Shown here in pieces: positions 8,950-19,418 of a stretch of 64,000 bases of DNA. This stretch comes from Bacillota bacterium. GTDB taxonomy: Bacteria > Bacillota > JAAYKD01. The notes under the pieces are model-generated. The model was not told where the DNA came from and did no database searches. It saw only the letters and a list, made by a program, of their open reading frames with translations. The stretch spans positions 1,632,001 through 1,696,000 of the forward strand of contig OY762825.2 of the NCBI GenBank assembly GCA_963666425.2, read 5' to 3'. The position numbers and the translations under genes are program-made. Within the stretch, counting starts at the first letter, position 1. The number at the start of each line of letters is the position of its first letter.

Positions 8950-11176
8950 ACTGGCAAAGTATTTAAAACCCTTTCTGCTTAGTTTGGTTTTGGCCATTCT
9001 GTTGTTATTCGGTCAAGCCACATCTGACTTAAATTTACCCAATTATATGTCGGACATCGTCAATGTTGGCATCCAGCAGAACGGCATTGAACACGCTGCT
9101 CCTGACGCGATCAGTCCGGCCGGTCTGAAGCTGATGACCACCTTTATGGTCGAAACTGAAAAAACACTGGTCAACGAGAATTATACCTTGGTCTCTTCTG
9201 CCGATCAAAATCCGGCTGGCGAAACCTATCTCGCCCTCTATCCCAAAGCCGGTACGCAGCTCTACATCAAAAAAGCTGCCGATCAAAGCACAAATGAGTC
9301 TTTGGACAACGCCTTTGGTGCTTCTACCTGGACCTTAATCAATGTTATGAAAGATTTATCGGCCAAACCCGGTGCTGTGACTGCAGTCGGCAGCTCAACT
9401 GATCTCAAAAACGTTGATATTACAAAACTTTACCTCATGCAGCCGATGCTGAACAATTTACCGCAATCCGTCATCACTGCCGCCCATGAGAAAGCGCTCG
9501 GCAGCGATGCTTCTATTCTAAAGCAAAGCGGCGTGCTGCTCGCCAAGATTTTCTATACCGAAATCGGCGCCGATGCAGGTGCCATGCAGAATGCTTATAT
9601 CGTCCGCATCGGGTTGCTGATGCTGCTGATTGCTTTCCTGGGAGGCGCAGCCAGTATCTTAGTCAGTTTATTGTCTTCCAGAATTGCCGCCGGTGTGGCG
9701 CGAAATCTACGCAGAGATGTTTTCAATAAAATCCAAGATTTCTCCAACAATGAATTCGATCATTTCTCGACCGCATCTCTGATTACACGCTGTACCAACG
9801 ATATTACGCAAATTCAGCAGTTGCTGATGATGGGAATCCGTATCATCTGTTATGCGCCCATCATGGGCATCGGCGGTGTGATGATGGCGATCAGCAAATC
9901 ATCCTCGATGAGTTGGATCATTGCCGTGGCGGTGACGACCCTGGTGGGCATGATTATGGTGATCACCTCCATCGCTTTGCCGAAATTCAAGATCATACAA
10001 AAATTAGTCGATCGCTTGAATCTTGTTTCCAGAGAAAACCTCAGTGGGATGATGGTCATCCGCGCTTTTGGCACCCAAGCCTATGAAGAGCAGCGTTTTG
10101 AGGCAGCCAATCAGGACTTGACCGCAACCAATCTCTTCGTCAACCGGATTATGGTGTTTATGATGCCAGCAATGATGCTGATTATGAACGCAACCACGCT
10201 GATGATCGTCTGGGTTGGAGCGCACCAAATCGCCGATTCCAGTATGCAGGTAGGTGATATGATGGCATTTATGCAGTATGCCATGCAGATCCTTATGTCT
10301 TTCCTGATGATTTCCATGATGTTTATTTTTGTGCCACGGGCCGCCGTCTCCGCCGACCGGATCGCGGAAGTCTTGGAAACTAAAAATTCCGTGCTGGATC
10401 TGCCAAATCCCAGCGGTTTTGATCCGGAGAAAAAAGGCTTAGTCGAGTTCAAAAAGGTTCATTTCCGCTATCGCAATGCCGAAGAAGACGCTCTGGAAGA
10501 TATTTCGTTTACGGCAAAGCCAGGCGAAACAACGGCGATCATCGGTTCGACCGGCTCCGGTAAATCGACCATTGCCAATCTGATCCTGCGTTTTTACGAT
10601 GTGACAGCAGGGCAAATCTGCGTGGATGGTGCCGATCTGCGCCAAGTCAGACAAAAAGAGCTGCGCGCCAAAATCGGCTATGTCCCACAGGAGGGCGTGT
10701 TGTTTTCCGGCACGATTGCCTCTAATTTAAGGTATGCCAAAAAAGATGCCTCCGAACAGGAGATTGAAACTGCGGCAAAAATAGCCCAAGCCCTGGATTT
10801 TGTGACAGAAAAACCGGAAGGTTTCGACTCAGCCATCTCCCAAGGCGGTTCGAATGTTTCCGGCGGACAAAAACAGAGATTATCGATTGCACGGGCGCTG
10901 GTGAAAGAACCGGAGATATTCATCTTTGACGATAGCTTCTCGGCTTTAGACTTCAAAACGGATGCGTCACTCCGCAAGGCGCTGAAACAATATACAGGCA
11001 ATAGTACGGTCATCGTCATCGCACAAAGAGTCAGCACAATTATGAATGCGGAGCAAATCATCGTGCTGGATGACGGTAAAATTGTGGGCAGCGGCACCCA
11101 TCAGGAATTGTTAAAAACCTGTCCGCAATATCTGGAAATTGCTTCGTCGCAATTGTCAAAGGAGGAATTGGAATGA
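8942..11176 (+). CDS. Multidrug-type ABC exporter, fused TMD-NBD subunit 1
   Basis: GSTGSGKS, VSGGQKQR, degenerate Walker B IFDDS, TM helices. Confidence 0.92.
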   Translation: MIKLAKYLKPFLLSLVLAILLLFGQATSDLNLPNYMSDIVNVGIQQNGIEHAAPDAISPAGLKLMTTFMVETEKTLVNENYTLVSSADQNPAGETYLALYPKAGTQLYIKKAADQSTNESLDNAFGASTWTLINVMKDLSAKPGAVTAVGSSTDLKNVDITKLYLMQPMLNNLPQSVITAAHEKALGSDASILKQSGVLLAKIFYTEIGADAGAMQNAYIVRIGLLMLLIAFLGGAASILVSLLSSRIAAGVARNLRRDVFNKIQDFSNNEFDHFSTASLITRCTNDITQIQQLLMMGIRIICYAPIMGIGGVMMAISKSSSMSWIIAVAVTTLVGMIMVITSIALPKFKIIQKLVDRLNLVSRENLSGMMVIRAFGTQAYEEQRFEAANQDLTATNLFVNRIMVFMMPAMMLIMNATTLMIVWVGAHQIADSSMQVGDMMAFMQYAMQILMSFLMISMMFIFVPRAAVSADRIAEVLETKNSVLDLPNPSGFDPEKKGLVEFKKVHFRYRNAEEDALEDISFTAKPGETTAIIGSTGSGKSTIANLILRFYDVTAGQICVDGADLRQVRQKELRAKIGYVPQEGVLFSGTIASNLRYAKKDASEQEIETAAKIAQALDFVTEKPEGFDSAISQGGSNVSGGQKQRLSIARALVKEPEIFIFDDSFSALDFKTDASLRKALKQYTGNSTVIVIAQRVSTIMNAEQIIVLDDGKIVGSGTHQELLKTCPQYLEIASSQLSKEELE

Positions 11177-13086
11177 GCCAGGAGAACAACAGCAAACCGG
11201 CAGCACCGGTACTGCCACGCAGAGGCGGCGGACCGGGCGGCATGCATGGAGCCATCGGGACCGGAGAAAAAGCCAAAGACTTTAAAGGTTCATTTCTCAA
11301 ACTGATCGGTTATGTGGCAGGTCATAAATGGAAAATTCTCTTTGCCTGGACCCTGGCGATCGCCTCGACGGTCTTTACGATTTTAGGTCCGAAGATTTTG
11401 GGAAAAGCCACCGATGAACTCTTTACCGGCATCATGAGTAAAATTGCCGGCACTGGCGGCATCAACTTTACTAAGATCGGCGAAATCATCCTTTGGGTAG
11501 CCGGTTTGTATGGTATCAGTTCGATTCTCTCCTATTTGCAGGGTTTCGTCATGTCCGCTGTCACCGCTAAGGTGACGCTGCGCTTAAGAAGCAATATCAA
11601 CCAGAAAATGCATCATCTGCCGCTCGGATATTATGATAAAGTGACCCATGGTGAGGTTTTGAGCAGAATCACCAATGATGTGGACACGATCAGCCAAACG
11701 TTGAATCAGAGTATGACCCAGATCATTACCTCGGTCACCTCTCTGCTTGGCATTGGCATCATGATGTTCTCGATCAATTGGCAGCTCACCCTCACAGCGC
11801 TCTGCGTGATTCCCGTCAGCGTGCTGGTTGTTGTTCTGATTGCGACAAAATCACAAAAACACTTTCGCAATCAGCAAATGTTTTTAGGCAATGTCAACGG
11901 GCATGTGGAAGAAATGCTGAGCAGCCATGTTGTGGTCAAAGCTTTTAACGGTGAAGAAGATTCTTCGAAGGCCTTCGGTGAATTCAACGATTCGCTTTAC
12001 AAATCCGCCTGGAAAGCAAATTTCCTTTCGGGACTGATGATGCCAATGACCAACTTTATCGGTAATATCGCTTATGTTGCCATCTGTATTTTAGGCGGTT
12101 ATTTTACCGCCAACGGTTCGATGACCGTGGGTGGCATTCAAGCCTTTATTCAGTATGTGCGCTCGTTTACCCAACCGATTGCACAAATTGCCAGCATTTC
12201 CAATGTACTGCAGCAGACAGTAGCCGCTGCAGAGCGTGTCTTTGAATTTCTGGGAGAGCCGGAAGAAGTAAAGGAAGACGCGAATGCCCTGTCGGTGAAT
12301 GCGGACACCTCCCTGCCCGATACCGCTACGCTGCTGCATATCGGCGGGCACATTCAATTTGAACATGTCTCCTTTCATTATGCGGCAGAAAAACCAATCA
12401 TTCGGGATTTTAACGCCGAAGTAAAACCCGGACAAAAAATCGCCATTGTTGGTCCGACCGGCGCCGGTAAAACCACGATTGTCAAGCTGTTAATGCGTTT
12501 TTACGACGTCAACAGTGGTGCCATTACGATTGACGGTCACGATATCCGCATCTTCAAGCGCAATCAGCTGCGTTCCCTCTTTGGCATGGTACTGCAGGAT
12601 ACCTGGCTGTTCAATGGTACAATCGAGGAAAATATCCGTTACGGCCGGCTCGGTGCGACTGATGAGGAAGTGAAAAGCGCAGCCAAAGCGGCTCAGGTCG
12701 ATCATTTTGTGCGAACCCTGCCCGAAGGGTATCATATGGTGCTCAACGAAGAGGCCAATAATATTTCACAAGGTCAGAAACAATTGCTGACCATTGCCAG
12801 AGCAATCTTAGCGGATCCGGAAATTTTGATTCTTGACGAAGCCACCAGCAGCGTGGATACCCGCACTGAGGTGTTGATTCAAAAAGCGATGGATAATCTG
12901 ATGCGCGGCAGAACCAGTTTTATCATTGCCCATCGCTTATCGACCATTCGCAACGCTGATTTGATTTTGGTGATGTCTGAAGGCGATATTGTGGAGCAGG
13001 GTACACATACGGAATTGCTCGCGAAAAACGGCGCCTATGCCAAGCTATATAACAGCCAGTTTGAAGCAAAAGATCAAACTGCTTAA
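11173..13086 (+). CDS. Multidrug-type ABC exporter, fused TMD-NBD subunit 2 (heterodimer partner)
   Basis: GPTGAGKT, ISQGQKQ, LILDEAT, IAHRLST. Confidence 0.92.
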   Translation: MSQENNSKPAAPVLPRRGGGPGGMHGAIGTGEKAKDFKGSFLKLIGYVAGHKWKILFAWTLAIASTVFTILGPKILGKATDELFTGIMSKIAGTGGINFTKIGEIILWVAGLYGISSILSYLQGFVMSAVTAKVTLRLRSNINQKMHHLPLGYYDKVTHGEVLSRITNDVDTISQTLNQSMTQIITSVTSLLGIGIMMFSINWQLTLTALCVIPVSVLVVVLIATKSQKHFRNQQMFLGNVNGHVEEMLSSHVVVKAFNGEEDSSKAFGEFNDSLYKSAWKANFLSGLMMPMTNFIGNIAYVAICILGGYFTANGSMTVGGIQAFIQYVRSFTQPIAQIASISNVLQQTVAAAERVFEFLGEPEEVKEDANALSVNADTSLPDTATLLHIGGHIQFEHVSFHYAAEKPIIRDFNAEVKPGQKIAIVGPTGAGKTTIVKLLMRFYDVNSGAITIDGHDIRIFKRNQLRSLFGMVLQDTWLFNGTIEENIRYGRLGATDEEVKSAAKAAQVDHFVRTLPEGYHMVLNEEANNISQGQKQLLTIARAILADPEILILDEATSSVDTRTEVLIQKAMDNLMRGRTSFIIAHRLSTIRNADLILVMSEGDIVEQGTHTELLAKNGAYAKLYNSQFEAKDQTA

Positions 13087-13100
13087 TCTGTCACATTAAA

Positions 13101-13147
13101 AAAAACGGTCTGTCTTGTGGTTTTCAGCCACTTGACAGATCGTTTTT
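13101..13147. terminator. Bidirectional intrinsic terminator
   Basis: AAAAACGGTCTGTC...GACAGATCGTTTTT between convergent genes. Confidence 0.65.
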
Positions 13148-13166
13148 CATTGCGAACAGAGGCTGG

Positions 13167-14333
13167 TTAGGCATCACCCTCTGCGGCTACTTCAAAGGTA
13201 TTGGGATCCGGCAGCTTCCAGGATTGATAGAGTGAACAGAGACAAATTGCACTGCCGGTAATAAAGGTCAGTCTGGGATCGATCTTCCAGAGCATACTGC
13301 CCACGATGGGAGCCAACACACCGGAGATATGGTTGATGGTAGAACCCATCGCCAGGGAAGGCGCAATATCGGACTGCGGTGCGATTTTGGAAAGAAAGGT
13401 GGTGATTGCCACTTCAAAGCCCAGAAAAACATTGTCGACAATAAAGATCACATAAAGGAAAGCGACATTGCCGATAAAGGCATAGCCCAAAAAGAGCAGA
13501 GCGACAATGGTATAATTAAAGGTCAGCGCTTTGCCTTCACCCCAACGATCAATCACCTTACCCAACAAAGGCCGGGTAAAGATGGCAGCGATATTGGCAA
13601 TCAGCATCAATGTAGCAATTGTAGTCACCGGCACATTGTAAAGAGAAACCAGGGCGAGGGCCGCAAATGTAGAGTTGATATGGCGTCTGGCACCGACCAA
13701 CAGCTGCATGATGTAGTAGTTTTTATATTTCCAACGAAAAACATACGATTTACGTACTTTGAGCTTATCATTCGTGCGGCGGGAATAGTAAATGAAGGCG
13801 GCCGCCAGAATACAGGTCAGCATGCCAATCAAGTAAAATTCGCGGAATTTTAAAATGTTGCCCAGACGGCTGACGGCAAAACTTGCCAGCAAAGTACCGC
13901 CGGCTCCGACTGAATTGAGCATACCCAAGCGAGAGGCCTTTTCTTCCGGTTTTGACATATTCAAGACCAACGATTGCTGAGCAGGCGTAAACAGATGGAA
14001 GCCGCAGGAGTAGATGATGGTTGCGACCATATAGATCCCAAAGGTCGTGGACTGCGAATAAAGAAACAAGCCGACGGCTGTAATCAGCACGGTGACGGCA
14101 GTATAGACATTACCGGCCAAATAGGCGGCGGGAATGGCTAAAATTACAGTAATCAAACCGGGCATTTCACGGATGCCTGCCACCAGACCGTATTGCTGAT
14201 CGTTGAGACCCAATTCGTCTACCACGAAGTTCGCATTGATGGCAGTCTGTAAACCCATGCCGATGTTAAACAGCAAGGAGCAAAAAATGATCGTCAGAAA
14301 AGCCTTTCCCCAGCGGGAATAGAGTTTATCCAT
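13167..14333 (-). CDS. MFS transporter
   Basis: About 12 hydrophobic segments; GKVIDRWGE MFS loop motif. Confidence 0.85.
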   Translation of the reverse strand: MDKLYSRWGKAFLTIIFCSLLFNIGMGLQTAINANFVVDELGLNDQQYGLVAGIREMPGLITVILAIPAAYLAGNVYTAVTVLITAVGLFLYSQSTTFGIYMVATIIYSCGFHLFTPAQQSLVLNMSKPEEKASRLGMLNSVGAGGTLLASFAVSRLGNILKFREFYLIGMLTCILAAAFIYYSRRTNDKLKVRKSYVFRWKYKNYYIMQLLVGARRHINSTFAALALVSLYNVPVTTIATLMLIANIAAIFTRPLLGKVIDRWGEGKALTFNYTIVALLFLGYAFIGNVAFLYVIFIVDNVFLGFEVAITTFLSKIAPQSDIAPSLAMGSTINHISGVLAPIVGSMLWKIDPRLTFITGSAICLCSLYQSWKLPDPNTFEVAAEGDA

Positions 14334-14352
14334 GGGAGTTCATCCTCTCAAT

Positions 14353-15810
14353 TTATGCCTCATCCAAGGGCCAGGTATGGATGCGCTGATAGGGATAGCG
14401 CTTTAAATTCGGATTAGCGGCTCCGGGAGCATCCACTTCAATGATGCTGCTCGCCAATGGGGTAAAAGAAGCACGGAAATGCCCGCGGGATTTGATCAGC
14501 AACAAGCGCTGCTGTGTCGGTTCGACCCCCAGATGACGGAAGATATCAGCATCATTGCAGGCAGTTCGGATGGATCCAACCAGAATCTGCACATTGCCCA
14601 CTTCTAAACGCACGCAGCGACCAATGTTCCAGAGATTGCCTCTGCCCATCGGACCGGTTGCGGCAAAAACACCATCGGAAAGGGTTTTGACTTTGGCTGT
14701 TACTGCAATCGGAGCACCGTAAGCCGGCTCGGCTTTGCCGCCGATGGCGAATTCCGCCGTATTGCCTACACCGACCGCAAAGGCTCTTTCTACTGTTTCT
14801 GCATCCCAGATCAGGGCGGCTGCCGTCCTGGGTAAATTTTCTGCGATCATTTCGCGCAGTAATTCCGTGGTATCACCGGAACCACCACCGCCCGGGTTAT
14901 CAGCCACATCAGCCAGCATCACAGGCAGCAACGGATTTTGTGCCAAAAGAGCCTTGGCCTGCGCCATGGCTGTCTTCACATCGGCGATTGGTTTGAGAAA
15001 TTGAGCCCGGATCTGCCAGGCGCGCTCACAAATGGCATCACAGGCAGCCTGCGCCAGCTGATGATCCCGATCGGCGGTGGCAATCACATTGAAACCAGCA
15101 TAAGCTACATCACAGAACGGGAAGCCGCCAAAAACCGAAACATTGATCATGCCGGGTTTCGCTTCCCAAGCTCTCGCCATCGTAAAGAGTTCGACCATGG
15201 GGCCTTCTTCGGTCCGCATATTAATCGTAGGCGGCAGCATGGGGACATGAGCATGCGCAGTCACCGGATTTTTGCGTCCCTGCAGCAGATCCGCCATGCA
15301 TTCCGCCGCTTCTTTGGCTCGCTCGTAGCTGTCAATGTGGGGATTGGTATCAAAACCAAAAATGGCATTGCAGCCTGCGGCCATCTCGGCTGTATTGTTG
15401 CCGTGCAGATCCAGGGTCACGATCAGTGGTTTGTCGCCAATGATTTGGCGCACCGCCGCTACGATATCCCCTTCCGGATCATCGGTCCCTTCCGCCATCA
15501 TGGCGCCATGCATGCAAAGCAGCACGGCATCGGGCAGTTCCTGCCGCATCGGCTGCAGTAAATGCTGCTTCAACCAAGCATAACTCTCTGCATCGGTTGG
15601 TTTGGAGGGTGTGGCACCGGCAAAGAGTGTGGGCAGAATCTGCCAGCCTTCCCGGTCGGCAACTTCCAGGATACCGCCGATGTTGGTCTTCTTACCGCGG
15701 GCATTCTCCAGCATCGCTTGGCCTTCAATGATCCGCCATTCAGACAAGGGTGTGGCTAACGGTGAAAATACATTGGTTTCGTGGCTGATCCCACCGATTG
15801 CTAATTTCAT
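14353..15810 (-). CDS. M81 family metallopeptidase (MlrC-like)
   Basis: SHETNVFS, MHGAM, LDLHGN, NPHID, DNPGGGGSGD, KSRGHFRA. Confidence 0.9.
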   Translation of the reverse strand: MKLAIGGISHETNVFSPLATPLSEWRIIEGQAMLENARGKKTNIGGILEVADREGWQILPTLFAGATPSKPTDAESYAWLKQHLLQPMRQELPDAVLLCMHGAMMAEGTDDPEGDIVAAVRQIIGDKPLIVTLDLHGNNTAEMAAGCNAIFGFDTNPHIDSYERAKEAAECMADLLQGRKNPVTAHAHVPMLPPTINMRTEEGPMVELFTMARAWEAKPGMINVSVFGGFPFCDVAYAGFNVIATADRDHQLAQAACDAICERAWQIRAQFLKPIADVKTAMAQAKALLAQNPLLPVMLADVADNPGGGGSGDTTELLREMIAENLPRTAAALIWDAETVERAFAVGVGNTAEFAIGGKAEPAYGAPIAVTAKVKTLSDGVFAATGPMGRGNLWNIGRCVRLEVGNVQILVGSIRTACNDADIFRHLGVEPTQQRLLLIKSRGHFRASFTPLASSIIEVDAPGAANPNLKRYPYQRIHTWPLDEA

Positions 15811-15931
15811 AAGACAGCCCCCTTTCTACTCTCTTTCTATTTGTAACTAATCTACCCAATCCAGAAGGATTTGTCAAGATATTTCTGCACATGAATGTTT
15901 TTGCTTGAAAATATTCCGTTAAGGGAAGAGA

Positions 15932-16876
15932 CTATATTTTAGCCAGGGATTTGGCCAGGTAAATCCAGAAGAACATGGTCAAAACCGAAAAAAGTGCGGA
16001 AAAGACCACCAAATGGTCGGCTAATTCGCTGTCACCGCCCATTTGCTGCGCCATGGTATAAGAAGAAACTGCGGTTGGCGCACCAAATAGCGCAATCAAG
16101 GTCGCTAAATCCACATCCCGGAACCCCAAAGCCATGGCGATCGGAATAAAGAGGAGCGGTACGAGCAGCAGACGTCCGGTGACGCCCAGAATTAGTTGCT
16201 TCAGATGCGCTTTAACACTGGAAAAATGGAAGGAACCGCCTAAAATGATTAAGGCCAACGGGGTGGCAATTTTAGAGATATCACTGACGGTTTTTTCCAG
16301 GAAGACCGGCAGCTTGAGTCCGGTCAGCAGAAAGACAATACCCAGCACGGAACCGATGATCAGGGGATTTTTTAAAATTTGTTGGGAAATCGTTTTCAGC
16401 GAGGTTTTACCGGAGCGGAAAGTCTCCAAAACAATCACGGCCAGAATGTTAAAAAAGGGCACCACCACAGCGATGACAACCGCCGTCACTGCCGAACCTG
16501 CACTGCCATACAGCGAATTGGCGATTGGTATACCGAAAATAGCGAAGTTGCTGCGATAGATGCCTTGGATCAGCACACCGCGGCGGCGATCCTCCGGCTC
16601 GATTTTGGGAATCAGCAGGAAGAGCAGCAACGTGGTAAGCGCCACAGCACCAAGGGCAAAAGCCAACAATTTAAAATTAAACACCTTGGAAAGATCACCC
16701 GAAGCACCATAAACATTCATAAACAGCATAATGGGCAAAATCCGGTTGAAGGAAAGCCGATTCAATTTCGCCAGAAATTCATCATCAAGAAAATGCGTGA
16801 GTTTGAGCAAATATCCAAACAGCATGGTCAGAAACAAAGGCATGACCACATTAAAAGACAAGATGAAATTATCCAT
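15932..16876 (-). CDS. AEC (auxin efflux carrier) family transporter
   Basis: RSNFAIFGIP, KNPLI, PTAVSSYTMA. Confidence 0.88.
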   Translation of the reverse strand: MDNFILSFNVVMPLFLTMLFGYLLKLTHFLDDEFLAKLNRLSFNRILPIMLFMNVYGASGDLSKVFNFKLLAFALGAVALTTLLLFLLIPKIEPEDRRRGVLIQGIYRSNFAIFGIPIANSLYGSAGSAVTAVVIAVVVPFFNILAVIVLETFRSGKTSLKTISQQILKNPLIIGSVLGIVFLLTGLKLPVFLEKTVSDISKIATPLALIILGGSFHFSSVKAHLKQLILGVTGRLLLVPLLFIPIAMALGFRDVDLATLIALFGAPTAVSSYTMAQQMGGDSELADHLVVFSALFSVLTMFFWIYLAKSLAKI

Positions 16877-17031
16877 TTTACAAGACTCCGTTCCTTTGTT
16901 CTATGCAGGTCAGTTCGATAGGCAATTTTGAATTCCTTTTCCGATATGAGTTATGACATTTCCCTGTAAAAACCCTTTCTGCCCGTCCTTGAAAAAATTT
17001 TGTCTTCGACAGCAAAATGAACGGTTTCTGC

Positions 17032-17062
17032 TTGACATTCACGTTACGTCATGGTTTATATT
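17032..17062 (+). promoter_or_regulatory. MerR-type promoter with 19-bp spacer and dyad
   Basis: TTGACA (17032)-19 bp-TATATT (17057); spacer contains the ACGT-T-ACGT dyad; sits directly before the merR-family gene. Confidence 0.8.
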
Positions 17063-17082
17063 GAGATCAGGAGGTAAGAAAT

Positions 17083-17847
17083 ATGGATTATACCGTGCAT
17101 CAGCTAGCAGAACTAGCGGGGATTTCCAAACGTACCCTGCGCTATTATGAAGATCTTGGTCTGCTGAGCCCTTGTAGAATCAATCATAATCAATATCGCC
17201 GGTATACGAGCGACGATGTGGATTGTTTACAGCAAATTCTTTTTTATAAAACGTTAGGTATCCCGCTTCAGAAGATCAAGGCGCTGTTGACTGCTGCCGG
17301 ATATGATAAAAAAGCTGCGCTGGAAACTCAACTGGCTGAGCTTTACGATCAGAAAGTCCAACTCGATCGCTTAATTGAAAATGTTCGCCAAACCATCGCC
17401 ACTTTGAAAGGAGAAAGCAAAATGCAGGATATCGACAAATTCGAAGGATTGAAACAGAAATTGCTGCAGGAAAATGAAGACAAATATGGGCAAGAGGTAC
17501 GCCAAAAATTCGGGCAGGTTGCGGTAGATGCATCTTATGCCAAAGTCAAAGGTATGTCACAAGAAAAGTACCACCGCATGGAAGAATTGACGCAGGAATT
17601 CAATCAAACCCTGCGAGCGGCTCTGCTTGAAAAAGATCCGGCCGGAGAATTAGCCCAAAAAGCTTGCGCGCTGCACAAGGAATGGCTGCTGCTGTTCTGG
17701 CCGCGGGAAAGCTATACCGGCAAAGCGCATCGGGCGCTGGCCCAGGGTTATCTGGATGACGCGCGCTTTACCGCTTATTATGAGCAAATTGCTCCGGGCA
17801 GCGCTCTCTTCTTACGGGATGCGCTGGAGATCTATTGTAAAAACTAA
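17083..17847 (+). CDS. MerR family regulator with TipAS-like C-terminal domain (Mta/TipA-like)
   Basis: YTVHQLAELAGISKRTLRYYE..GLL; C-terminal YLDDARFTAYY. Confidence 0.9.
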   Translation: MDYTVHQLAELAGISKRTLRYYEDLGLLSPCRINHNQYRRYTSDDVDCLQQILFYKTLGIPLQKIKALLTAAGYDKKAALETQLAELYDQKVQLDRLIENVRQTIATLKGESKMQDIDKFEGLKQKLLQENEDKYGQEVRQKFGQVAVDASYAKVKGMSQEKYHRMEELTQEFNQTLRAALLEKDPAGELAQKACALHKEWLLLFWPRESYTGKAHRALAQGYLDDARFTAYYEQIAPGSALFLRDALEIYCKN

Positions 17848-17873
17848 AAACAAAACAGCCACGGCGGCTGAAT

Positions 17874-17946
17874 TGTACTGCTCCCCATAGCGTAGACACT
17901 CGAGATGAAAAATCCGAGACTACCCGATGGGGAGCGTTTTTGTTTG
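17874..17946 (+). mobile_element. Orphan IS3-family (IS150/IS861-like) terminal remnant
   Basis: TGTACTGCTCCCC...TAGACA...GGGGAGCGTTTTT resembles IS150-group left ends (5'-TG start, internal hairpin). No transposase ORF follows. Confidence 0.5.
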
Positions 17947-18118
17947 AAAACTGCTGCGACTGTTGATTTCTGGGCTGCGTTCTGTTCCACCCGAAGAGCG
18001 TCAGAGTAAGCAACAGCGATCGAGTCGGCTTGCCTTGGATCAATGCGCACTTTTCTACAATCAAAAAGCATACTCTTCGTTTTCTACAGAATGATTTCGT
18101 TTCCTTTGCGATCATCGC

Positions 18119-18163
18119 TTGACATATTGTAACTAGTGTATATACTATCAATATACACTAGTT
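18119..18163 (+). promoter_or_regulatory. Promoter with YtrA-type operator (AGTGTA-13-TACACT)
   Basis: TTGACA at 18119; inverted repeat AACTAGTGTATAT...ATATACACTAGTT (18131-18163) covers the -10. Confidence 0.8.
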
Positions 18164-18174
18164 GAAAAAGGCAG

Positions 18175-18558
18175 GTGAATTTTTTGAACATCCTGATCAG
18201 CAACACCGGTAATAAGCCGATCTACGAACAAATCATGGATCAGCTGAAGACGCTGATCCTCAGCGGCGAACTAAAGGAGGGTGACGCACTGCCTTCTATG
18301 CGGCTGCTGGCCAAAGAACTGCGGATCAGCGTGATTACTACCAAGCGCGCCTACGAAGAATTGGAGCGGCAGGGTTTCATCTTTTCCATGCCCGGCAAAG
18401 GCAGCTATGTCGCCGGCCAAAATATGGATTTCATCCGGGAAGAGCATCTGCGTACGCTGGAGAATTATCTGCAAAAGGCAGTGGAGGCGGCTACCCTGTG
18501 TGATATTTCTCTGCAGGATCTGATCGAGACATTGACAGTTATTTATAAAGGAGAGTAA
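18175..18558 (+). CDS. GntR family regulator, YtrA subfamily
   Basis: PIYEQI, LPSMRLLAKEL.ISVITTKRAYEELE, GKGSYV; precedes an ABC operon. Confidence 0.92.
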   Translation: MNFLNILISNTGNKPIYEQIMDQLKTLILSGELKEGDALPSMRLLAKELRISVITTKRAYEELERQGFIFSMPGKGSYVAGQNMDFIREEHLRTLENYLQKAVEAATLCDISLQDLIETLTVIYKGE

Positions 18559-19418
18559 TGCATATCATGCAAGACGCATTGATCATTCGTAACTTAAATA
18601 AACGCTATACCGACTTTGCTTTACAGGACTTATCGCTGACGCTGCCTCGTGGAACGATTATGGGTTTTATCGGCGAAAACGGCGCCGGTAAAAGCACAAC
18701 CATCAAGTTAATCTTGGATCTGATCAAACGGGACAGCGGTGAAATCCTCTTACTTGGACAAGAACCACTGCGTTCTTCCTCCATAATTCGGGAAAAGATC
18801 GGCGTTGTGATGGATGAAATCGGCTTTCCGGAAAACATGAACGCACAGCAAGTCAATCTCATTTTAAAAAACATCTACCAAACCTGGGATACAACACGTT
18901 TTGAGCGTTATCTGGAACAATTCCAGCTACCGGTTCGGAAAAGCATCAAGGAATATTCCCGCGGCATGAAAATGAAGCTGGGCATCGCCGTCGCCCTTTC
19001 ACACGATTCTGAACTCCTGATTCTGGACGAAGCCACCAGCGGGTTGGATCCGATTGTTCGGGAAGAAATCCTGGATGTTTTCCAAGATTTTATTCAGGAT
19101 GAGCAGAAAGCCGTCTTTATCTCCTCGCATATCATCAGCGATTTGGAGAAAATTTGCGATTATATCACCTATATCCACCAAGGCAAGCTGGTTTTCAGCC
19201 AAAACAAAGAAGAGCTGAAAGATCAATACGGAATCCTGCATTGCACAGAAAGCCAATGGCAGGCATTGGATCCAACGCTGGTGCACGGCTTCAGAAAAAA
19301 TAATTTTGGTATGGAAGTATTGGTGCGCCGCGATCTGCTGCAAGGCGATTATGTGGTCGATCCCGCCAGCATCGAGGAAATTATGATTTTCTACGCAAAG
19401 GAGAATTTAAAAAAATGA
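18558..19418 (+). CDS. ABC transporter ATP-binding protein
   Basis: GENGAGKST, YSRGMK, LILDEATSGLD, SSH. Confidence 0.92.
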   Translation: MHIMQDALIIRNLNKRYTDFALQDLSLTLPRGTIMGFIGENGAGKSTTIKLILDLIKRDSGEILLLGQEPLRSSSIIREKIGVVMDEIGFPENMNAQQVNLILKNIYQTWDTTRFERYLEQFQLPVRKSIKEYSRGMKMKLGIAVALSHDSELLILDEATSGLDPIVREEILDVFQDFIQDEQKAVFISSHIISDLEKICDYITYIHQGKLVFSQNKEELKDQYGILHCTESQWQALDPTLVHGFRKNNFGMEVLVRRDLLQGDYVVDPASIEEIMIFYAKENLKK

